Both the position numbers and the translations under genes were made by a program. A stretch of DNA of 64,000 bases. Origin: Auanema rhodensis (taxonomy: Eukaryota > Animalia > Nematoda). The notes below the pieces were generated by a model that saw only the letters and a program-made list of their open reading frames with translations, was not told where the DNA came from and did not search any database. The DNA is taken from contig OZ059900.1 in NCBI GenBank assembly GCA_964057225.1, positions 15,190,001 through 15,254,000 on the forward strand, given 5' to 3'. Positions 54,720 through 64,000 of this stretch are shown here, piece by piece. Positions within the stretch are counted from its first letter, which is position 1, and every line of letters starts with the position of its first letter.

Positions 54720-57700
54720 CTAATATTGATTAAATCGATTTTTGTTCATATGAGTCGTCAAATGCAACGAATTTCATCGTGTTACATACTAAAATGAAGC
54801 ATTTTACATGCTGAACACTAGAAAAATACAAAAACACAGTATTTCTCATGAGAAATATTTTATTATGCTGGAAAACCAGTTTTTGGAAATTTCGCTGTAA
54901 ACAAGGTTTTGACTTACGATTTCATGTGTTCAAACTCATGCAATGTCAATGAAACCTAGCTTAAAATTGTTCCTACAACGTCTGTTTCCACTTTCACGAC
55001 AAAAAAACAGGGGTTAGAAAATTAAGGAAATTAGCATATTCTGAGGGCACGCCCCTTATGGCTAATATTGATTAAATCGATTTTTGTTCATATGAGTCGT
55101 CAAATGCAACGAATTTCAGCGTGTTACACACTAAAATGAAGCATTTCACATGCTGAACACTAGAAAAATACAAAAACACAGTATTTCCCATGAGAAATAT
55201 TTTATTATGCTGGAAAACCAGTTTTTGGAAATTTCGCTGTAAACAAGGTTTTGACTTACGATTTCATGTGTTCAAACTCATGCAATGTCAATGAAACCTA
55301 GCTCAAAATTGTTCCTACAACGTCTAGTTCCACTTTCACGACAAAAAAACAGGGGTTAGAAAATTAAGGAAATTAGCATATTCTGAGGGCACGCCCCTTA
55401 TGGCTAATATTGATTAAATCGATTTTTGTTCATATGAGTCGTCAAATGCAACGAATTTCATCGTGTTACATACTAAAATGAAGCATTTTACATGCTGAAC
55501 ACTAGAAAAATACAAAAACACAGTATTTCTCATGAGAAATATTTTATTATGCTGGAAAACCAGTTTTTGGAAATTTCGCTGTAAACAAGGTTTTGACTTA
55601 CGATTTCATGTGTTCAAACTCATGCAATGTCAATGAAACCTAGCTCAAAATTGTTTGTACAACGTCTAGTTCCACTTTCACGACAAAAAAACAGGGGTTA
55701 GAAAATTAAGGAAATTAGCATATTCTGAGGGCACGCCCCTTATGGCTAATATTGATTAAATCGATTTTTGTTCATATGAGTAGTCAAATGCAACGAATTT
55801 CAGCGTGTTACATACTAAAATGAAGCATTTTACATGCTGAACACTAGAAAAATACAAAAACACAGTATTTCTCATGAGAAATATTTTATTATGCTGGAAA
55901 ACCAGTTTTTGGAAATTTCGCTGTAAACAAGGTTTTGACTTACGATTTCATGTGTTCAAACTCATGCAATGTCAATGAAACCTAGCTCAAAATTGTTTGT
56001 ACAACGTCTAGTTCCACTTTCACGACAAAAAAACAGGGGTTAGAAAATTAAGGAAATTAGCATATTCTGAGGGCACGCCCCTTATGGCTAATATTGATTA
56101 AATCGATTTTTGTTCATATGAGTAGTCAAATGCAACGAATTTCAGCGTGTTACATACTAAAATGAAGCATTTTACATGCTGAACACTAGAAAAATACAAA
56201 AACACAGTATTTCCCATGAGAAATATTTTATTATGCTGGAAAACCAGTTTTTGGAAATTTCGCTGTAAACAAGGTTTTGACTTACGATTTCATGTGTTCA
56301 AACTCATGCAATGTCAATGAAACCTAGCTCAAAATTGTTCCTACAACGTCTAATTCCACTTTCACGACAAAAAAACCGGGGTTAGAAAATTAAGGAAATT
56401 AGCATATTCTGAGGGCACGCCCCTTATGGCTAATATTGATTAAATCGATTTTTGTTCATATGAGTCGTCAAATGCAACGAATTTCAGCGTGTTACATACT
56501 AAAATGAAGCATTTCACATGCTGAACACTAGAAAAATACAAAAACACAGTATTTCCCATGAGAAATATTTTATTATGCTGGAAAACCAGTTTTTGGAAAT
56601 TTCGCTGTAAACAAGGTTTTGACTTACGATTTCATGTGTTCAAACTCATGCAATGTCAATGAAACCTAGCTCAAAATTGTTCCTACAACGTCTAGTTCCA
56701 CTTTCACGACAAAAAAACAGGGGTTAGAAAATTAAGGAAATTAGCATATTCTGAGGGCACGCCCCTTATGGCTAATATTGATTAAATCGATTTTTGTTCA
56801 TATGAGTCGTCAAATGCAACGAATTTCAGCGTGTTACATACTAAAATGAAGCATTTTACATGCTGAACACTAGAAAAATACAAAAACACAGTATTTCCCA
56901 TGAGAAATATTTTATTATGCTGGAAAACCAGTTTTTGGAAATTTCGCTGTAAACAAGGTTTTGACTTACGATTTCATGTGTTCAAACTCATGCAATGTCA
57001 ATGAAACCTAGCTCAAAATTGTTCCTACAACGTCTAGTTCCACTTTCACGACAAAAAAACAGGGGTTAGAAAATTAATGAAATTAGCATATTCTGAGGGC
57101 ACGCCCCTTATGGCTAATATTGATTAAATCGATTTTTGTTCATATGAGTCGTCAAATGCAACGAATTTCATCGTGTTACATACTAAAATGAAGCATTTTA
57201 CATGCTGAACACTAGAAAAATACAAAAACACAGTATTTCTCATGAGAAATATTTTATTATGCTGGAAAACCAGTTTTTGGAAATTTCGCTGTAAACAAGG
57301 TTTTGACTTACGATTTCATGTGTTCAAACTCATGCAATGTCAATGAAACCTAGCTCAAAATTGTTCCTACAACGTCTAGTTCCACTTTCACGACAAAAAA
57401 ACAGGGGTTAGAAAATTAAGGAAATTAGCATATTCTGAGGGCACGCCCCTTATGGCTAATATTGATTAAATCGATTTTTGTTCATATGAGTAGTCAAATG
57501 CAACGAATTTCAGCGTGTTACATACTAAAATGAAGCATTTTACATGCTGAACACTAGAAAAATACAAAAACACAGTATTTCCCATGAGAAATATTTTATT
57601 ATGCTGGAAAACCAGTTTTTGGAAATTTCGCTGTAAACAAGGTTTTGACTTACGATTTCATGTGTTCAAACTCATGCAATGTCAATGAAACCTAGCTCAA

Positions 57701-59165
57701 AATTGTTCCTACAACGTCTAATTCCACTTTCACGACAAAAAAACCGGGGTTAGAAAATTAAGGAAATTAGCATATTCTGAGGGCACGCCCCTTATGGCTA
57801 ATATTGATTAAATCGATTTTTGTTCTTATGATTCGTCAAATGCAACGAATTTCAGCGTGTTACATACTAAAATGAAGCATTTTACATGCTGAACACTATA
57901 AAAATACAAAAACACAGTATTTCCCATGAGAAATATTTTATTATGCTGGAAAACCAGTTTTTGGAAATTTCGCTGTAAACAAGGTTTTGACTTACGATTT
58001 CATGCGTTCAAACTCATGCAATGTCAATGAAACCTAGCTCAAAATTGTTCCTACAACGTCTAATTCCACTTTCACGACAAAAAAACAGGGGTTAGAAAAT
58101 TAAGGAAATTAGCATATTCTGAGGGCACGCCCCTTATGGCTAATATTGATTAAATCGATTTTTGTTCATATGAGTCGTCAAATGCAACGAATTTCAGCGT
58201 GTTACATACTAAAATGAAGCATTTTACATGCTGAACACTAGAAAAATACAAAAACACAGTATTTCCCATGAGAAATATTTTATTATGCTGGAAAACCAGT
58301 TTTTGGAAATTTCGCTGTAAACAAGGTTTTGACTTACGATTTCATGTGTTCAAACTCATGCAATGTCAATGAAACCTAGCTCAAAATTGTTCCCACAACG
58401 TCTAGTTCCACTTTCACGACAAAAAAACAGGGGTTAGAAAATTAAGGAAATTAGCATATTCTGAGGGCACGCCCCTTATGGCTAATATTGATTAAATCGA
58501 TTTTTGTTCATATGAGTCGTCAAATGCAACGAATTTCAGCGTGTTACATACTAAAATGAAACATTTTACATGCTGAACACTAGAAAAATACAAAAACACA
58601 GTATTTCCCATGAGAAATATTTTATTATGCTGGAAAACCAGTTTTTGGAAATTTCGCTGTAAACAAGGTTTTGACTTACGATTTCATGTGTTCAAACTCA
58701 TGCAATGTCAATGAAACCTAGCTCAAAATTGTTCCTACAACGTCTAATTCCACTTTCACGACAAAAAAACCGGGGTTAGAAAATTAAGGAAATTAGCATA
58801 TTCTGAGGGCACGCCCCTTATGGCTAATATTGATTAAATCGATTTTTGTTCATATGAGTCGTCAAATGCAACGAATTTCAGCGTGTTACATACTAAAATG
58901 AAGCATTTCACATGCTGAACACTAGAAAAATACAAAAACACAGTATTTCCCATGAGAAATATTTTATTATGCTGGAAAACCAGTTTTTGGAAATTTCGCT
59001 GTAAACAAGGTTTTGACTTACGATTTCATGTGTTCAAACTCATGCAATGTCAATGAAACCTAGCTCAAAATTGTTCCTACAACGTCTAGTTCCACTTTCA
59101 CGACAAAAAAACAGGGGTTAGAAAATTAAGGAAATTAGCATATTCTGAGGGCACGCCCCTTATGG
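54720..59165. repeat. Long-range duplicate of 17443-21888 (13 monomers, offset 37277 bp)
   Basis: The variant order of M161-173 matches M52-64, including the rare CTGTTT, A37/T127/TG, C255 (TTCCCAC) and A80 monomers. A handful of private SNPs differ between the copies. Confidence 0.85.
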
Positions 59166-59507
59166 CTAATATTGATTAAATCGATTTTTGTTCATATGAG
59201 TAGTCAAATGCAACGAATTTCAGCGTGTTACATACTAAAATGAAGCATTTTACATGCTGAACACTAGAAAAATACAAAAACACAGTATTTCCCATGAGAA
59301 ATATTTTATTATGCTGGAAAACCAGTTTTTGGAAATTTCGCTGTAAACAAGGTTTTGACTTACGATTTCATGTGTTCAAACTCATGCAATGTCAATGAAA
59401 CCTAGCTCAAAATTGTTCCTACAACGTCTAGTTCCACTTTCACGACAAAAAAACCGGGGTTAGAAAATTAAGGAAATTAGCATATTCTGAGGGCACGCCC
59501 CTTATGG

Positions 59508-62500
59508 CTAATATTGATTAAATCGATTTTTGTTCATATGAGTAGTCAAATGCAACGAATTTCAGCGTGTTACATACTAAAATGAAGCATTTCACATGCT
59601 GAACACTAGAAAAATACAAAAACACAGTATTTCCCATGAGAAATATTTTATTATGCTGGAAAACCAGTTTTTGGAAATTTCGCTGTAAACAAGGTTTTGA
59701 CTTACGATTTCATGTGTTCAAACTCATGCAATGTCAATGAAACCTAGCTCAAAATTGTTCCTACAACGTCTAGTTCCACTTTCACGACAAAAAAACAGGG
59801 GTTAGAAAATTAAGGAAATTAGCATATTCTGAGGGCACGCCCCTTATGGCTAATATTGATTAAATCGATTTTTGTTCATATGAGTAGTCAAATGCAACGA
59901 ATTTCAGCGTGTTACATACTAAAATGAAGCATTTTACATGCTGAACACTAGAAAAATACAAAAACACAGTATTTCCCATGAGAAATATTTTATTATGCTG
60001 GAAAACCAGTTTTTGGAAATTTCGCTGTAAACAAGGTTTTGACTTACGATTTCATGTGTTCAAACTCATGCAATGTCAATGAAACCTAGCTCAAAATTGT
60101 TCCTACAACGTCTAGTTCCACTTTCACGACAAAAAAACCGGGGTTAGAAAATTAAGGAAATTAGCATATTCTGAGGGCACGCCCCTTATGGCTAATATTG
60201 ATTAAATCGATTTTTGTTCATATGAGTCGTCAAATGCAACGAATTTCAGCGTGTTACATACTAAAATGAAGCATTTTACATGCTGAACACTAGAAAAAAA
60301 CAAAAACACAGTATTTCTCATGAGAAATATTTTATTATGCTGGAAAACCAGTTTTTGGAAATTTCGCTGTAAACAAGGTTTTGACTTACGATTTCATGTG
60401 TTCAAAGTCATGCAATGTCAATGAAACCTAGCTCAAAATTGTTTGTACAACGTCTAGTTCCACTTTCACGACAAAAAAACAGGGGTTAGAAAATTAAGGA
60501 AATTAGCATATTCTGAGGGCACGCCCCTTATGGCTAATATTGATTAAATCGATTTTTGTTCATATGAGTAGTCAAATGCAACGAATTTCAGCGTGTTACA
60601 TACTAAAATGAAGCATTTTACATGCTGAACACTAGAAAAATACAAAAACACAGTATTTCCCATGAGAAATATTTTATTATGCTGGAAAACCAGTTTTTGG
60701 AAATTTCGCTGTAAACAAGGTTTTGACTTACGATTTCATGTGTTCAAACTCATGCAATGTCAATGAAACCTAGCTCAAAATTGTTCCTACAACGTCTAAT
60801 TCCACTTTCACGACAAAAAAACCGGGGTTAGAAAATTAAGGAAATTAGCATATTCTGAGGGCACGCCCCTTATGGCTAATATTGATTAAATCGATTTTTG
60901 TTCATATGAGTCGTCAAATGCAACGAATTTCAGCGTGTTACATACTAAAATGAAGCATTTCACATGCTGAACACTAGAAAAATACAAAAACACAGTATTT
61001 CCCATGAGAAATATTTTATTATGCTGGAAAACCAGTTTTTGGAAATTTCGCTGTAAACAAGGTTTTGACTTACGATTTCATGTGTTCAAACTCATGCAAT
61101 GTCAATGAAACCTAGCTCAAAATTGTTCCTACAACGTCTAGTTCCACTTTCACGACAAAAAAACAGGGGTTAGAAAATTAAGGAAATTAGCATATTCTGA
61201 GGGCACGCCCCTTATGGCTAATATTGATTAAATCGATTTTTGTTCATATGAGTAGTCAAATGCAACGAATTTCAGCGTGTTACATACTAAAATGAAGCAT
61301 TTTACATGCTGAACACTAGAAAAATACAAAAACACAGTATTTCCCATGAGAAATATTTTATTATGCTGGAAAACCAGTTTTTGGAAATTTCGCTGTAAAC
61401 AAGGTTTTGACTTACGATTTCATGTGTTCAAACTCATGCAATGTCAATGAAACCTAGCTCAAAATTGTTCCTACAACGTCTAATTCCACTTTCACGACAA
61501 AAAAACCGGGGTTAGAAAATTAAGGAAATTAGCATATTCTGAGGGCACGCCCCTTATGGCTAATATTGATTAAATCGATTTTTGTTCATATGAGTCGTCA
61601 AATGCAACGAATTTCAGCGTGTTACATACTAAAATGAAGCATTTTACATGCTGAACACTATAAAAATACAAAAACACAGTATTTCCCATGAGAAATATTT
61701 TATTATGCTGGAAAACCAGTTTTTGGAAATTTCGCTGTAAACAAGGTTTTGACTTACGATTTCATGCGTTCAAACTCATGCAATGTCAATGAAACCTAGC
61801 TCAAAATTGTTCCTACAACGTCTAATTCCACTTTCACGACAAAAAAACAGGGGTTAGAAAATTAAGGAAATTAGCATATTCTGAGGGCACGCCCCTTATG
61901 GCTAATATTGATTAAATCGATTTTTGTTCATATGAGTCGTCAAATGCAACGAATTTCAGCGTGTTACATACTAAAATGAAGCATTTTACATGCTGAACAC
62001 TAGAAAAATACAAAAACACAGTATTTCCCATGAGAAATATTTTATTATGCTGGAAAACCAGTTTTTGGAAATTTCGCTGTAAACAAGGTTTTGACTTACG
62101 ATTTCATGTGTTCAAACTCATGCAATGTCAATGAAACCTAGCTCAAAATTGTTCCTACAACGTCTAGTTCCACTTTCACGACAAAAAAACAGGGGTTAGA
62201 AAATTAAGGAAATTAGCATATTCTGAGGGCACGCCCCTTATGGCTAATATTGATTAAATCGATTTTTGTTCATATGAGTCGTCAAATGCAACGAATTTCA
62301 GCGTGTTACATACTAAAATGAAACATTTTACATGCTGAACACTAGAAAAATACAAAAACACAGTATTTCCCATGAGAAATATTTTATTATGCTGGAAAAC
62401 CAGTTTTTGGAAATTTCGCTGTAAACAAGGTTTTGACTTACGATTTCATGTGTTCAAACTCATGCAATGTCAATGAAACCTAGCTCAAAATTGTTCCTAC

Positions 62501-62700
62501 AACGTCTAATTCCACTTTCACGACAAAAAAACCGGGGTTAGAAAATTAAGGAAATTAGCATATTCTGAGGGCACGCCCCTTATGGCTAATATTGATTAAA
62601 TCGATTTTTGTTCATATGAGTCGTCAAATGCAACGAATTTCAGCGTGTTACATACTAAAATGAAGCATTTCACATGCTGAACACTAGAAAAATACAAAAA
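59508..62700. repeat. Long-range duplicate of 23599-26800 (9-10 monomers, offset 35909 bp)
   Basis: M175-184 matches M70-79, including the A108 (GAAAAAAAC)/T127/G216/TG monomer, which I saw only at 24283 and 60192. Confidence 0.85.
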
Positions 62701-64000
62701 CACAGTATTTCCCATGAGAAATATTTTATTATGCTGGAAAACCAGTTTTTGGAAATTTCGCTGTAAACAAGGTTTTGACTTACGATTTCATGTGTTCAAA
62801 CTCATGCAATGTCAATGAAACCTAGCTCAAAATTGTTCCTACAACGTCTAGTTCCACTTTCACGACAAAAAAACAGGGGTTAGAAAATTAAGGAAATTAG
62901 CATATTCTGAGGGCACGCCCCTTATGGCTAATATTGATTAAATCGATTTTTGTTCATATGAGTAGTCAAATGCAACGAATTTCAGCGTGTTACATACTAA
63001 AATGAAGCATTTCACATGCTGAACACTAGAAAAATACAAAAACACAGTATTTCCCATGAGAAATATTTTATTATGCTGGAAAACCAGTTTTTGGAAATTT
63101 CGCTGTAAACAAGGTTTTGACTTACGATTTCATGTGTTCAAACTCATGCAATGTCAATGAAACCTAGCTCAAAATTGTTCCTACAACGTCTAATTCCACT
63201 TTCACGACAAAAAAACCGGGGTTAGAAAATTAAGGAAATTAGCATATTCTGAGGGCACGCCCCTTATGGTTAATATTGATTAAATCGATTTTTGTTCATA
63301 TGAGTAGTCAAATGCAACGAATTTCAGCGTGTTACATACTAAAATGAAGCATTTTACATGCTGAACACTAGAAAAATACAAAAACACAGTATTTCTCATG
63401 AGAAATATTTTATTATGCTGGAAAACCAGTTTTTGGAAATTTCGCTGTAAACAAGGTTTTGACTTACGATTTCATGTGTTCAAAGTCATGCAATGTCAAT
63501 GAAACCTAGCTCAAAATTGTTTGTACAACGTCTAGTTCCACTTTCACGACAAAAAAACAGGGGTTAGAAAATTAAGGAAATTAGCATATTCTGAGGGCAC
63601 GCCCCTTATGGCTAATATTGATTAAATCGATTTTTGTTCATATGAGTAGTCAAATGCAACGAATTTCAGCGTGTTACATACTAAAATGAAGCATTTTACA
63701 TGCTGAACACTAGAAAAATACAAAAACACAGTATTTCCCATGAGAAATATTTTATTATGCTGGAAAACCAGTTTTTGGAAATTTCGCTGTAAACAAGGTT
63801 TTGACTTACGATTTCATGTGTTCAAACTCATGCAATGTCAATGAAACCTAGCTCAAAATTGTTCCTACAACGTCTAGTTCCACTTTCACGACAAAAAAAC
63901 CGGGGTTAGAAAATTAAGGAAATTAGCATATTCTGAGGGCACGCCCCTTATGGCTAATATTGATTAAATCGATTTTTGTTCATATGAGTCGTCAAATGCA

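Larger units (their letters stand above)
1..64000. repeat. Satellite DNA array, 342-bp monomer, 187 full copies plus a partial copy, head-to-tail, extending beyond both window edges
   Basis: The motif CTAATATTGATTAAATCG recurs at 1, 343, 685, 1027 and so on. Exact 342-bp phase holds to 27019 (1+79x342), then shifts only by 1-2 bp indels (monomer starts 27360, 30095, 44116, 45141, 45484, 48222 ... 63954). No unique sequence was seen between copies. Confidence 0.99.

Noticed and set aside
1-64000. CRISPR array or other repeat-spacer system
   Set aside because: There are no unique spacers. The entire 342-bp unit is repeated, and there are no cas or other genes.

Overview
The whole 64 kb window is one uninterrupted head-to-tail tandem array of an AT-rich (~34% GC by hand count) 342-bp satellite DNA monomer: 187 complete copies plus a 47-bp partial copy, all in the same orientation. 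Most copies differ from the consensus by 0-4 substitutions, and the most divergent by 7-9. I found no genes, RNA genes, CRISPR spacers, transposon insertions or inversions. The four ORFs in the track are by-products of one satellite SNP. This most likely comes from a eukaryotic (peri)centromeric or heterochromatic satellite block, but I cannot assign the family or species. The informative content is the order of monomer variants, which I typed by eye (M1-M188; 'pos' = position within the monomer, starting at CTAATATTG). That order shows a degenerate ancestral ~10-mer higher-order repeat (HOR), nested recent tandem duplications of 4, 5, 6, 8, 15 and 17 monomers, a ~36-37 kb long-range duplication, and a central domain (~33.5-53 kb) with its own private variants. 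The monomer is also rich in dyad symmetries and carries degenerate internal sub-repeats. I found no evidence for a novel protein-coding system.
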